A stretch of DNA of 63,989 nucleotides, filler included, from Ionaspis alba (taxonomy: Eukaryota), in NCBI GenBank assembly GCA_964255285.1. It is 7 parts of 7 records of this genome, joined end to end, with 100 filler letters (N's around TTAATTAATTAA, not from the genome) between each part and the next. Parts side by side here need not be neighbours in the genome. Positions count along the whole stretch, not along the records: positions 18,717 to 27,933 come from CAXUUL010000682.1; positions 28,034 to 37,248 come from CAXUUL010000683.1; positions 37,349 to 46,549 come from CAXUUL010000684.1; 4 more parts are not named here. One strand, written 5' to 3'. How positions within the stretch are numbered: the stretch's first letter is position 1; each line of letters starts with the position of its first letter. The translations under genes were made by a program, and so were the position numbers. The notes beneath the pieces were generated by a model, which saw only the letters and a list, made by a program, of their open reading frames with translations, ran no database searches and had not been told where the DNA came from. Of the stretch, positions 23,160 to 37,427 are shown in pieces.

Positions 23160-26100
23160 TAGCGGACTCGCATTGTGTCTGTTATCTTTTGGTTCGTGTA
23201 TGATAGGTGCTTTCGCCGAATTTTGCCCTTTTGGGCGGTCGGCATACTGCAGTCTGGTGCTTGCAGAATTGAGTCTAGGCTTAGGGTTTAGGCGCGCTTA
23301 GATCGTTGGCTGAAACATGGGGGCAGCCGAGAGGGCAGGCAATTGAGATAGGACTCAGTCTGCGTCGAGACATTGGTCCGCGGAATCGAAAAGCGTTCCG
23401 GCGCTGGCCTTGTAGCACCATCGGGAACCGGCGATTACTACTGTGGCTCTTCCAAGACTTTGTAACGTGTGCCGAACAGGTGATTCGGGTCAAGTTGACG
23501 TCTTGACGGAGACATCGAGGACGACGACTCAGTCACACAGTTGTTCAGCCTCTGTTCCTCATTGAGGGCTTTGGTGTGAAACTAAGCCAACCAGACCCGT
23601 TTCTGACAGTTTGTTCGTTGTGTATCCATGACAGAACTTCGTCTCATCCCCACTTGTGTGCATGCAACTTTTCTACGATTCTGAAAAACCTTGCTTCAAT
23701 TCTAGAACTCATACCCGCATTACTTCACCCCCCACAAAGATTCCATCTGATTATTCCTAAAGCGCCGGGAATGACATGGACCGAGCACTTGGGAAATGAC
23801 TCGCTTTGACAGGCCGGTCGTCAGACTAGGTATGTGCATATCGTACCAAACTTACGGGCTGGACGTCTCATGATTGAATCCTTCTCTTCGCAACAACCTT
23901 TTATGTCCGTACCTTGCATGCTCTACAACTCCAGGTGTCCCAGTCTTATAGACCGTCCAGGCTTTCTAGAATCAAGACTCGGGACGTAGGCCCGTTAGCC
24001 GATTCCGCTATCGTTGCTTCTATCATTTGCCGGCATCTCCTCCGGAACAACCGGTGTCGAAACACGACCTTTCAAAGATCCATGTCGTCGATCATTACAG
24101 TGGAGTCAGCGGCGTAAGGTTCCTGGCCTCTGCAGAAGTACGGCGTCCGTGGTGCGACTACGAGTACGACTGAATTTCAGAATTCCTGGTTCTCGGACAG
24201 GGAGTGCTCCCCTTCCCTTCAACGCAATGCACGCCCAAGGCTCGACCCTCAAAACCCCTGGAGCCAGTGCACATGAAAGCATGCAGATATGTGCTGTTGA
24301 CTGGTCCTTGGGTGGCCAGAAAGAGACCGGCTATCCAGTGCATCAATCAGCGGGACTGTTGAAAATGTATCTCATTTCGATTTTACCGGGGATAGTTGCA
24401 GTAACTAGTATAGGCATGTGAATTATTCTCAAGGCACATCGATCGTTTTTACGTTTTGCGTCCAGAGTATAGGGTGGGCGTTCTGTCAGCTCCCGCCACG
24501 ATAGCCGAGCGGCGCCTCACCACTCTTATTTCCACCCCTGTTGAGCGCCGACGTACCCTTGTTCAACACACCTTTCGTTCTCCTTCCCACTGACCCTAAC
24601 CACGTTGCAAACGGCTCTAAGCAGCCAGCATCACCCAAATCGTTGGCTAGAGGGACTCCAAGGATGTTGGCATTAAGACTTGGATGCAATGCCTCTGATC
24701 CAGTTATCCTTGCGCCTCTATCACTCGCAACGAAAGATCGCACAATGGGCCCCTCAAATTCCCGCAAATCGGTGTTGCGGCATTCGAGATGGAGAGGCCA
24801 GAGCCCTCGAAAGCCCTGAGTGCTAGACCCGAGGGATCTTCGAAGCACAAGAACTTCGATTCTTCGTCCAGTGCATTGATATCCAACGAACGGCGAGTGT
24901 TGACCCCGCAGCAAACATCCAAGAGCAGGTCTTAGCGGAGTCGACATGAAGTCTGGCACCAATTGGCCAGGAGTCACGACTACCTCTGACGATGCTTGCG
25001 ACCCGCGACCACAGAGGTTGTTCACGCATAGCGGAGGCTTACATTACCTGATGTTTTTCTTACTATCATCCGTTGATGGGGGATGGGCTACCCACATATG
25101 ACCTATCGATTGTATGCACCACGAAATGCTTATCGGCACGGAATCGAAATCTCATGCCGGTGGATCTCCTGAAATTTGCGAAAACAACCCTCGATCCCCC
25201 GACATCAGGCTGGTCAACCCGGATTCAGCCCGCATGCTCATTGAAAGGCAGAATGCCTCGAATATGCATGATGGCATCCTGCTTTGGCACTTTATTACTG
25301 GAAAGATAACGGTCGAAGCGCAAGCGATAATTGAGCAAACGCCTAGATTTGTATCATCCTCTGCTACATCGTAACGAGGACCACGGGTGTTTGAGGGGAC
25401 TCCTCAAAGCATTGTAGGCTGGAACAGGCTGCCTTATATGTACGAGTCTATGAAGTGCCTCTCACCCCTGCTCTAGCAAGTGTTTCATAACCACGAGGAT
25501 GGATAAGGCGCGTACAGATGATCTGATGCATACCCTTGCCGGTGTCAACAATCGTCGTCTGCTAATCGAATGCTCGTGGTTGGGCGTTTTGCAGCCACTA
25601 CGAGACCCTCACCATCATCATTAGTCAAGAAGCCTTGAGTCACGGCTTTTAGAACCCTGGTGCTTGATAGGTGTGACTAGTCAGGGCGAACACGGACGTG
25701 TCAACTCCTCCTTTCTGCAGGGTGGACGACTTGGCCTTGACATCGCTACCAGCATGACCGTTTTCCAACTCTCTTTTCTTATTTGAGCGTGTCCAACTTT
25801 TCGATCACGTCGTCCATCCATGGAATCGCACGCCCATCTCGGGCTACGTACCAGATTGCCTTGGGCAATACCGTGGAGTGGTTCTCATTTCTCCCTTTCT
25901 CTTTTGCCTAAACATTTTTCATCCAAAGTCATTTCGCCTTGGTTTTTTTTTTCTGACACTCATTTCTCTTATTCCTTCTTTGCCCTAAAACGATCAGTCG
26001 CTTGTTCATAGCTCCCTCGCATGACGGTGTCTTATTTTTGCCGTGAAAATGTTCTTTGGTTGCACGACTCTGCACAACGGCTGAGGCATCTGATGCTTGA

Positions 26101-26530
26101 GCTTGGGAACGTGTCTGCAGGGAGACCAGGAAAATTTTCCCCACCTTGCCTTGTCATCCACATTGATTTTTCCCGCTTCGATGTAGGTGCCCTAACGAAG
26201 ATCTCTTTTGATGTCTGTGTAGCACGCTCGTTGACCTATCGCCAGTTATGTCCTCACTTTTCGGCCTGGATCAGCTCCTCTCTCATCTCCAGGTGTACGA
26301 GGTGGGGAGCAGTCTGGTCTTGCTCCTTGTCTTAACACACATGAAGTCCTTGCCTGACTGAACTTGTCGCTTTACAAGATCGTCCTGCATCGCTACCAAT
26401 CGTGTCTTTGGCCTCGGACTCCACCTAATCTCTTCGATCCCTAAGGGGCTATCAAACTTGAGCATATACGAAAGGATATATCCTTCAATATCCTCTTCAT
26501 AGCGAAATTTGAGTTGTGTGTGCTCAGCTG

Positions 26531-27933
26531 ATGGCACTGGATTGGCAGCATCGACACCAAAAAGCGAAATTTTGGAAGAGCCCAAGCGAGCCGGAGCAAG
26601 AGATTCCCGATCCACGATTGAAAATTCAAAAGGTCCGAATGTCTAGTCTATCAAGTCGTCCGCCTCTACAGTCCCATAACAGCTTTGCCGCCATCGCTGC
26701 CCCTTCAAACTGTTCCACGGCATACTATCAGACCCTTTCCAATCACACCTACAGCTCCGGTGCTCTAAGCGACCTCGAATCTCTGTACAGTCAGCAATTA
26801 TCAAGTGGACTGCCCGAGCCACTCTCCTTTGGCTCTGCCTACGGTGACTCTACTCCAGTCAGTCCGGCATACCCCTGTACGTCTATTTCAGAAAGTAGTG
26901 AGCATGAAGATCTTTCCGAAGACGATGGAGAAGATGCCAGGACCGAGAAAGTGTCGGACCAGAATGGGCTGGGCAGTCAAGTTGCGAAATCCGCTGAGGA
27001 GCGGCGAGCTGAGAAGCGGAAGATGAAGCGCTTCAGGTAATCGCTTTGATCTCTTCTTTTGTCACCAATTTACTGAAGACGCTCTACAGACTTACTCACA
27101 ACCAAACCCGATTTCTGTTGAGCGATTTTGCTCGTCAGCCTCATCCTGATGCAGCTCAACGCGAGCGATTGTCGAGAGAAGTTCCGGGCTTGAGTCCAAG
27201 ACAAGTGCAAGTCTGGTTCCAAAACCGGTAGGGCTTCTTTCCCCTGTCTAGTTTCTCTTCCGCTGATAGTGAGTCTCAGACGCGCGAAGCTAAAACGCCT
27301 CACAAATGATGACCGCGAACGAATGATGGAGTCCAGAGCTGTTCCGGAGGATTTTGATATGACCCAAGCACTACGCTCTCCGTTCGGAGCACAATCTTTC
27401 TGTGCTCCATCGTACCAAAGCTCCACAATTTCTCCTTCCTTCCCTCCACCAGCCAGCGAAGGAGGATATGCTAGACCCTTGATTATTAGAAGATCAAAAC
27501 CGCAAAGCGAGGATGAGAGTCTGCTGTCAGCGAGCAGCAGTACTTCCAACTTCGGCAGTCTCTACACTCCTCCTAGCTCGTTGCCACCATCAGTAAATCT
27601 GTCACCAGTTCCTTCAGTCGAGCACAGAACAAACATTGCGTCCAGAAGCGATAGGCCTGGCAATCCGTTTGTACGATCAAGCAATGCGCCGACTTCTTTC
27701 CATCCTCGACCAAACATTCCAAAGCTCCAGCTTCACGACAGAGTATCGAGAGTGCGAGCAGAATCTTTGACTTCGCCGTCGCGGTCGGGTCTCTCCTATA
27801 GTGGGAGCTCGCTTGACTATCCCGGCTCTCCGTCATCGGACGGCCTGGCATCATCGACGTTCCCCATAGCAGCAGCACCAGAAGGGTATCAGAATCCCAG
27901 CCACCCTCACTCGACATGCTATGCCACAATACC
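26531..27933 (+). CDS. Homeobox transcription factor (3' truncated by gap)
   Basis: Spliced homeodomain KMKRFR|LTHNQTRFLLSDFARQPHPDAAQRERLSREVPGLSPRQVQVWFQNR|RAKLKR with Ser/Pro-rich flanks. Start at 26531 or 26639. Confidence 0.9.
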
Positions 27934-28033
27934 NNNNNNNNNNNNNNNNNNNNNNNNNNNNNNNNNNNNNNNNNNNNTTAATTAATTAANNNNNNNNNNN
28001 NNNNNNNNNNNNNNNNNNNNNNNNNNNNNNNNN

Positions 28034-31000
28034 CCCCCATCCTCCACAAAAGGCGCCTCCTCACTCATCCCCTTACTCGGATCATCCAAATCCAACGGAC
28101 TCTCCTCATCGTCCTCTCCCCCCTTCGGATGCACAACCGTCACACTGACCGCCTCCCCCTTACTAAACACCCTCAGCCCAACCACACAAACCGCATTCCA
28201 CGGATCGTTCGCAAACTCCGCGTTCTCGTCGTCCGGGTCCTCCTCCTGCGGCAGCCCCTGCGCTGGTGGAACTTCGGGCACACGGTCCTGAGAAGGCGAG
28301 TCTTCGTCTAGGTACCGGCGGTCGAGGACCGAGTCCACGGAGTCGACGAATGACAGTACGGAGTCGTTATCGGCGTCCAAGTCGTCAGCTGCGGTCGGAG
28401 CGGCGGCTGTGGAGCCGGCGGTGGGCGGGACGCCGTTGACTTTGATGGGAGGAATGGATTGGAGGTCTTTGTTAAACTGATCTATCTTGGCCTGGGTCGT
28501 GAGGTCTTTGCCGTCGGCATCTTTGGAGGGCTCGGGCTCAGGCTCCGGCTGGGTCTTGGCGGCTGTGGAAGAGGCTGGCGAGGGCAACGTTGCGGGCTCC
28601 TTGGTCGGCTCGACGGCGTTGCCATTCTCTGCGGTGGTGGGTTGTTCTTCCGGTTTGGCATCGGTGGTGCTCGTGGTGACTTGCACGACTTCGCCATCGT
28701 TAACTTTGACTGTGACAGTCGTGGATGCTTTGGCAATGGCTTCTGCAGGTTTCTCGGATGCGTTGGCAGTGGCACCTGCGGGTTTCTCGGGTTGGCCTGC
28801 AGCTTTGCGTTCTTCCGCTTTCTTACGCTTGTGCTCTTCGGCTCGTAGCTTGTGACGCTTGTTGCGCTCCTGCTGCTTCATTCGCCAGGTCCATTCGTCC
28901 TTTTTGCGCTCGCTGATCAGTTTGCGATCTTTCGCCTTCGTGGTGGCCTTGGTCTTCTCTTCGCGCTCGGCGGCCAGCTTCTTGGTCTCTTCGGACTCGA
29001 CGATCTGACCTTTAGCGTGCGCGAGATCGTAAGCAAGTCCGATCTGCAAGAGCTTCTCCTGCTTTGTTCTGCAGTATTCACGAACAGTCTTCTCGGGTGT
29101 GGGTTTGTAATCTCTCCTTTTCGCAGTGATCTTCATCAAGACGGAGTATGTACCGGCTTCCAACTCGAGATCGGTGCTAACGGAACGATTCATCAGGTAG
29201 TTGCCGTGGCTGCGGACTATGTAGCCGTTTTCTCCTTCCTTGTCGAGTCTGAAGTGAAGTGAGAAGTCGTATTGACCCTCGAGCCCACGGTAATAGCGGT
29301 CGTCGAGCTGTTCTGAATTAGCAATGCTCTCAAACCGTTCGCACAGTGGTCTATGCTTACCTGTGATAGCACAATGACTATAGTCGTCTTCTTGCTCAGA
29401 GTGATATTGAACTTGGTGTCGTTGTAGTCCGCCGTCCAAGGCACATCCACAGTAGTCCACTGCTGAGTGACTGTCCACTCAGGACCGAAAAGTCTAGTTC
29501 GATCGAAGCTTTGGTACTTGCGCAAGAGATCCTTATACGAGATCCAAAAGATCTAATTTCGTTAGTCTCAAGTCTTCATAAATGCACGAAGGCTATCCTA
29601 CCCCATCGTTGCCAAATCTGTGATTCAAAGCCTCCATCCATTCCGGTGTCCATTGCTCGGAACCATCACTCCACGCTCCCTGCCACTCCGTTTTGCCCCA
29701 AGGGTTCCTGACACCAGTCAATCGGGGTGCACGAGGAACAGGAGCTCTCCAACACCCATACCTCACTCGAAGCAATCTCTCACCCTTGATCTCCACGGCT
29801 TGCATGATCGAGTACGCATGCATTGACACGACACCCTTTCGGTCCGTGTACATCCCTCCTCCCTTCCAGTCGTCGAAGCAGCCGGTTGCACATCCAAAGA
29901 GAAACTCTTCGTTCACTTTCATGATCTCCTCGTTCCAGAATTTGTCTTTGTCCAGGATATCTGTGGTGAACAGCTCGGTTGTTACACCGCCAGTAAGGTC
30001 CTCAATTGCCTCACTATAATCCGTCAGCTCTATTAGGTAGCACTGTACTTTTAGAAACAAACCCAGTAAACCCGCCATAGATCGCCCTATAGTCACCGTG
30101 TGCTTTAGCAAAAGCCTTCTCCAGTAGTGGTAACCATGTCTCGTTCTCATGACTACATTGCGCAAAGTATAGGGCTCGCGAGCCTGTCTGGAAGGCTTTC
30201 CGATATTCCTCTTCAGCGTCCTGTCGGTTGAAGACCTGATCCCAGCTGAACTTTTCATCCTTACTCTCGTCATAGTCGGTAGAGTTGAGGTAGAGTTTGT
30301 CATCGATGATTGTATATATCCATTCGCCATCTATACTGGGTCAGTGCTGGAACAGACCTTGGCACTGCATAGACGAACCTCGATGAAAGACAAAGCCATA
30401 CACCCCGACCGGCTCATCTCTGGCAACGCAGACTCTCTCAATCAACCCCTTCTTATTACCAAGAGCGCACAGTGCCGACAGGAACCAACAATCGCCATCA
30501 TTTCCCTGACGGACATCACTGGCGGTGGCATCGTCGACGTAGAATTGAGGTTTATCGAATATTTCCTGTCATAATGCGTCAGACGATGCAGGGCAGCCTG
30601 ATACTTTGGATCCAATCTTGCCACTCACGGGTACTCGTTTGACGGAGTTGGGCTCGAACGGTTCGCCATAGCTGGCAGCCAATCCCTCCAGACAGTCGTT
30701 CTTACCCCACTTCAAATCGAATTCGATATCGAAGTGGGGATCACGGTATCTCATATTGACTCTCTTGCATTCATTCGCAATTTTCTCCACCGCAGCGACG
30801 CACTCGGCTTTGGTCGCCTCGTAGGACTTGAGAGCTGCCTGGCTGTGTACAACGCCCTTCGGCTCATGGGCAGCTTTGGTTTTGGCGTAGGCATTCTTAG
30901 GCAGGATGTTGTGGACCTTGCCAGGAAATTTCGTGGTGAAGACATCCCAGAAGTCATCTACTGTCTTCTGTGGGACTTGTTTCTTGGCTTTGAGAGGAGG

Positions 31001-31048
31001 TTGAGGGGGAGGCGGTTGGAAGGTTTGGCTTTGGTTTTCTCCCTCCAT
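28034..31048 (-). CDS. Calpain-like cysteine protease (peptidase C2)
   Basis: Catalytic triad motifs DVRQGNDGDCWFLSAL (about 30470-30515), HAYS and RNPWG; EAIEDLTGG; WSDGSEQW. Many introns; C-terminus runs into the gap. Confidence 0.9.
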
Positions 31049-32066
31049 TGAGGAGATCGGTCACAGACGAGATGCACGCTGATGCACTAGCGATTCACAT
31101 ACAATTGCGACAACAGCAACAATGGATGTGCGAGAGATGCGGTAAAAGCTCAATGCTCACAAAAGAATGTCTATGATAGCTTGACGCCGGGGAAAGACGC
31201 TTGTTATAAGTTTTACATGGTGGCTACGCCCTCTGGTGGATAGCTCCGTTGCAGTAGCTGTGCCAGCTTTCCATCCAAGACGTGCGGCTCCAACGCGTTC
31301 GCCGAACACTAGTTCTATTCAGTCACGATCATTGGCTAGATCTGAGGTTGTACGGGAGGTCCGCCTCAAACATTGACAGGCTCGTTGCTCATGGCTGATG
31401 ATCACCTTGCTTGATCGGGCTAAGTACTACATATTGCGGCGTTGTTGGCGTCGGCGGGAAAACAAGCACATTGGGGTCCAAAAATGGTTTCCGCCCCCAC
31501 ACAGGGATCTCACGAATAACATCTCAGTCGGTGGTCGTTAGAAATGCAGACGGGTGACAGTGACAGCAATGGCTGTTCATGGAGTAGGACTGCATCAAAA
31601 GTGGGTGGTGTCGTTGCAAGTTTCGGTTTATGGAGAGGTTAAAAGGTCCAAAATCTGCACAGGTCAGGGGCAAAATGTACTCGACGCAGAATCACGGCGT
31701 TCTACTACATCAATACACCGTTTCAGCTCCCATCCTTGGGATCGTGTCTAGGTTTCAGAATATCCGGGTTTGGCAGGTTTAGCACTCAAGGGCCGTTCTT
31801 GATTCAAGCAATAGTATCCGAACATACCCACACCAAGCTGACGCCGCTAATAAGCTAGACCTTCCCTTATTCCAAGTCCAGCCCCTTCCTGTGATGCAGA
31901 CGATAAAGAAGACCATGATTCGTTTGATACAAGCATCCAGTAGAGTATCTTGACTCACGTGATATCAGCTTCCAAGCTGGAGCATAGGAAATGCAATCAA
32001 AGCATGAAGAAATAGCCGAGTGAACGCACTCGGGCCAGCAAAAGCCGATAGATACTCTCCGGCCTC

Positions 32067-33210
32067 TCAATGATAGCCATTGACCTTAGTACGGCCCGAG
32101 TAGGCGCTACTGCCCATACCAAAGTAAGGGTGTTGACAGGCTTGCTTTGCCGAGATACGTCCGGCTGGATCGTACACAAGCATAGAATTCAAGAGGTCTA
32201 ACCCATTGATCTCCAACCCGGGAACCAGATCTTTCTCCCAGTCGCGAGACCACTTCGGAAATGAAGCCTTGAAGTCAGGGAATGAGGTAACGCCCGGCCA
32301 TGCTATCTCGTCCGGAGTGCCGAGAATACTAGTTTCGTCATCAGCGATGCCTACACAGAGCTTCTTAGATAATGATTTACCGGAAGATTTTGAAGATCTC
32401 ATCGATTTCAGAATCACCAGGGAAGAGGGGCTTGCGAGTGCACATTTCTGCAAAGATGCAGCCAACGGACCACATATCAACACCTGTAGAGTATTGTCGA
32501 CCTCCGAGCAAGATCTCAGGAGATCGATACCATAGTGTGACCACCTAGAATCTTATTAGCAATTGACTGGCACAGTCGATCAGGAGCATGCCCACCTCAT
32601 GCGTGTATGTGCGTAGTGGAACACCAAAAGCTCTAGCCAAGCCAAAATCCGCCAGCTTCAAGTTGCCCTCTCGATCAATCAACAAGTTCTGCGGCTTCAA
32701 ATCCCGATGAAGTACTCGGTGACTGTGACAATACCGCACCCCCTCGACAAGTTGACTCATGAACTTCTTGACCATATTTTCTCCAAGTCCCAATCTACCT
32801 AGATCTGGACCCGAGCCTTCCGGTAGAGCTTTTCCTCGCCCTCCATCACTGACAGGCAATGCCTCCATGTATTTCTTCAAGTCTAGGTCCAGGAATTCGA
32901 AGACGAGGTAGAGTTTGTGGCCATCGGCGTGGACGATGTTGAGGAGTCGGACGATGTTGGGATCTTGCATCTCCTTCAGTAGGGAGATCTCTCGGATTGC
33001 TGTGCTTGGTACGCCTTCATCTTCGGCTTCTAGGCGGATCTTCTTGAGGGCTACGATTCGAGTCGGGTGTGTAAGGTCTCGCGCTTTGTAGACCACTCCG
33101 TAGGTACCTAGTGATGTTTGGTTCCGTCAATGGCTTCCAAAAAATTTGCTGGTGAGAGTAATAAGTTGCTTACCCTCTCCGATCTTTTCTATCTTCTGAT
33201 AGTTCTCCAT
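32067..33210 (-). CDS. cdc2: Cyclin-dependent kinase 1 (Cdc2/Cdc28/NimX)
   Basis: [55 protein letters not shown]. Confidence 0.97.
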
Positions 33211-33623
33211 GGTGAGCTTAAGTGGTGAGACTGGGAGATCCTGGAATGTTCAATTGAGCGAGTTGTCGTGGTGGCGTTTCTTGTTTCGGGGTTGTTTTTG
33301 TACTGGCCTAGAGACGCATTGCTGAGTCTGAGTCCTCGGAGTGGAAGGTGATCGCCATGTAGTCCTTATTGCGCATCTACTGTTTGTCAATGTTGTCGAA
33401 TTGCGCTGATACTGGCCGAGGAAGTTGTCACACAAGCAAAGTAAACAACAGCTCCAGGACGCGCCTGTCTCTAGCGAGAGGTGTGTTGGCCTTGGCCGTT
33501 ACTTTTCTTGGCTTTTCCTATCGTTACACCAATCACCATTCTACACTTTCCAAATTATGCAAAAGCGTTGTCTACTTTTCAATATGTGCTAGCACCTTTT
33601 ATTATCCACGCATTTTCACGGAG

Positions 33624-34797
33624 ATGTCTTCACTCAATGCTCACCAGAGGCCTCCAGAATCTATTCAAAGCATTTACAAGAAGTACCGTGGTCAATCACT
33701 ATCTACATTGGATAGAGATCCACATATAATCGATCTTTCACGAGGTATTAATAGGACAGACACCAGCGCCATTCGAGTGGTGCGAGTTATATCTTCTGCT
33801 TTGCTTCAAGAACGCTTTTCTGCGTTTTCAGCTTCTACATCCGGAAGATGTCGGTCTCGATCTCCCGTCAATGTGTATGAACATGATGCCTTGCCAGGTG
33901 GGCCAATGAACGATCCGCATTCGTTGATGTCTTGCTTCTGACCAGACAGGCCTACACATTGCTCCGTCCCTGCTTCCTCCTGAAGTCCAGTGGAGACTCT
34001 TAGATCATCTTCTGCACCGTGATCTGGCAGATCCACGACATAAAACCAACGTTCACATGCACTACAACGTTCCCTATCCTGTGAAGGAAAACGCCAATCC
34101 TAATCCGACAGATCCTTTGTATCAGGATGAGTCGACTAGGATCGGCTCCTTCTTCAATTGTGCTCCAGATTCTGGACTTGTATTTGCTCCTTTGACTCCC
34201 GGCTTGCATAAGCCGATCACCATCGAACACTTCCTCAACAAGAAGTTGCGTTGGATGACCTTGGGTGGTCAATATGATTGGACTAAGAAGGTGTACCCTA
34301 ATGAGTCGCCTCCGGCATTCCCGGAGGATGTTGGACATCTCGTTCGCAGCCTTTTCCCAGATATGACCCCGGAGGCCGCAATAGTCAATGTCTATTCACC
34401 AGGAGATACTTTGAGCCTTCATCGAGACGTTAGTGAGGAGTCAACTCAAGGTCTTGTCAGTATCAGCATCGGTTGTGATGGACTATTTGTTGCTGGTCTG
34501 GAGGGTGAAACCGAAGGAGACCTTTCCAAGTGCTTGGTGATTCGTCTTCGCTCAGGAGATGCTGTGTATATGAGTGGTGTGGCCCGATATGCATGGCATG
34601 GAGTCCCGCAGATAATCCCAGATACCTGCCCCACGTGGTTGGAATCGTGGCCTGCGTCTGCAGCTGCATCTTCCAAGCAACCCGACACGGCAGGTCAAGA
34701 TGTTCGGATCGACCCGAGTTACACGAGTTACGAAGCATGGCGGGGATGGATGTCGACTAAGCGCATCAATCTCAACGTCCGTCAAATGCAAGACTGA
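33624..34797 (+). CDS. AlkB-family (ALKBH1-like) 2OG-Fe(II) dioxygenase
   Basis: LRWMTLGGQYDW, AAIVNVY, HRD (HxD), LRSGD, AWHGV, RINLNVRQ. One intron. Confidence 0.88.
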
Positions 34798-35280
34798 CAA
34801 CACATGTAACGGATAGGATGTGGTCATTATCAAACCTCCAAATGTTTGTACCAGCTTCTACATGAGGACAGGCGCGTAAGGCGATATCGGACCCTGTTAC
34901 TACTACCACTCGCTTAGCCTTGGAAGCTAGCAAGCGTCCCCGCCAATCCAGATGGTGCATCTGCCACCACTAAGCCCGCCGGGACTTTACTATCAAGGCA
35001 GTCGTCATATCCTTCGGGTGCACTTAAACGTGGATTAGGAAGCTGTCGAGAAATGGCCCTTTTGTTTGCATGACTACCTTTTTTCCATGTCTGACGATCT
35101 CCCGTTGGAGATCACCCTCGCCGCTTGTGAATCTTCTTCAATTTTCTCTAGAACCTCTCATCAAATATTCTCTCTCTCCTATAACTACACCCACTATCCT
35201 GTAGTTACTTACACTTTCCTGTAACCACCTTCAATTCTTTACAAATACTCTTTCCCCATCTTTCCATATTCATATTGTCC

Positions 35281-37195
35281 ATGGCAGCAATGTCAACTGG
35301 AAGCTGGAAAGACCAGGCAAAAGCTAAGAAAGAATCCATTGACAGCTTGATTCCTGAGCCTTGGCGTCTCAAAACTGCAGTGCCGTCCGTGGAGGAACAA
35401 CGAGATGTCACAGGCAAATACATTCAGCAATTCCTCTCTGATCGAGAGGTTGAGATCACAGAGACCGATGCGGTCGGCATAGTTCAGCATACAACCACTG
35501 GGGAATGGAAAGCAGAGGAGGTCACGAAGGCTTTCTGTCACAGAGCTGCACTGGCCCATCAGTTGGTGTGTCCAAGATGGCAACTTGGGTGATCAAAGCT
35601 GACGCGGATGCCAGGTCAATTGCCTACATGAGATCTTTTTCGAAGCAGCTTTCGAGGACGCGAAGCGGCTTGATGCCTACTTCGCTGAGCACAAGAAGCC
35701 AGTGGGACCTCTGCATGGCCTACCGATCAGTCTGAAGGACCAGTTCCATGTGAAAGGAGTGGAAACATCTATGGTGAGCTCATCAACTCCCGTTTACCAT
35801 CACCTTGACTCAAGAGCCATTGTGCCTGACTATTTCAGGGTTACGTTGGATGGATCGGCACTTTCGAAGGAAAGAAAGGAACAGGAAAGGAAAAGGTCTA
35901 CGAGAGCGAGATGGTCCGTGAGCTACGCAATCTCGGCGCTATCTTGTACTGCAAGACAAGCGTTCCACATACACTCATGTCAGGCGAGACCGTCAACAAC
36001 ATTATCGACTACACATGGAATCCTAAGAATAGATATCTTACCAGTGGTGGCTCCTCTGGAGGGGAAGGAGCTTTGATTGGTCTGAAAGGCTCACCCCTGG
36101 GTTTTGGTACCGATATTGGAGGAAGCATTCGGATACCTGCTGCCTTCAATGGCTTGTACGGCATTCGTCCATCAGCTGGAAGGATGCCTTACCAAGGTAT
36201 GGCCAACTCGATGGATGGTCAGAACAGTGTGCTGTCGGTTGTCGGGCCTCTGTCAACCACTGCAGGTGGCCTTCGTCTTGCGATGAAGTCGCTTCTATCG
36301 CAGGAACCTTGGTTGCACGACCCACTGGTTCTTGAAATTCCATGGCGCAGCGAGCAAGAGCAAAATGTCTTTGATCTTGTCAAGTCCGCCAGTAAAGACA
36401 ATACGTTCACCTTTGGAGTTTTGAAAAATGACGGAGTTGTTACACCATTTCCTCCGGTCCAGCGAGCTATGTCGATCGTGGTCAAGACACTTGAGAAACT
36501 GGGCCATAAGGTTGTGAAGTGGAGTCCACCATCTCATAATCGCGGCAATAGCATACTCGTAGGTATTTCATTACGCTGGACATAGACCACAGTACTGACT
36601 CGGTCAGTTCAGAACCTGGAATTACGACGGAGGCGTCGACGTGCACGAAGCGTTCGGACTCTCTGGAGAGGAAATCGCACCTCAGGTCAAGAAGAATTTT
36701 GGCACAAAGGCCAAAGAACAGATGAATGCCACTCAAATTGCGGAGACCAACGTTGCCAAGAGGGAGTACCAGAAAGAGTACATGGACTACTGGAATAGTA
36801 CCAAGGACATTACAGGTACAGGCCGTCCTGTTGATGCTGTCATTGCGCCTCTTGCTCCATTTCCAGCAGCACGACGGGAGCGCTACTCGTACTATGGCTA
36901 CTCCACGATTGTCAATCTCTTGGATTACACTTCCTGTGTCGTGCCGGTGACTACTGCCGATAAAGAGGTGGATGTACTTAAAGATTTCAATCCTCTCAGC
37001 GACGAAGACAAGAAGGTGTCTGAGGATTGTACGTGCTTATCTTCCAAGACTCTTTATCCCTGACTGACACTGGATGCAGATGATGCTGCGATATATGATG
37101 GTGCTCATGTCGCAGTGCAGATCATCGGTCGTAGACTACAAGAGGAGAAGATCCTTGCCCTTTCGGAATATATTGGCGATGCCATCAAGAGGTAA
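35281..37195 (+). CDS. Amidase signature family enzyme (acetamidase/AmdS-like)
   Basis: GPLHGLPISLKD, GGSSGGEGALI, GTDIGGSIRIPA (Lys-Ser-Ser triad). Multiple introns. Confidence 0.93.
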
Positions 37196-37427
37196 GTGCA
37201 GAAGATTGCTCCAAAGAATATCGATCGGTGGCTTGAGCTATTGATCAANNNNNNNNNNNNNNNNNNNNNNNNNNNNNNNNNNNNNNNNNNNNTTAATTAA
37301 TTAANNNNNNNNNNNNNNNNNNNNNNNNNNNNNNNNNNNNNNNNNNNNTGTGCAAACGTATCCCAATTTCCATCACATCCAATCCATCCAAACAACACAC
37401 TGAATATACATCCAGCTATTACCCTTT

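Noticed and set aside
24014..25374. ORFs of 86-179 aa in the long intergenic region
   Set aside because: Overlapping on both strands, mostly non-ATG starts and no domain signatures.
35281..37195. Amidase as part of the carotenoid cluster, or functionally clustered with creC
   Set aside because: Separated from carO and from creC by linker-type artificial joins, with no pathway link to carotenoids.
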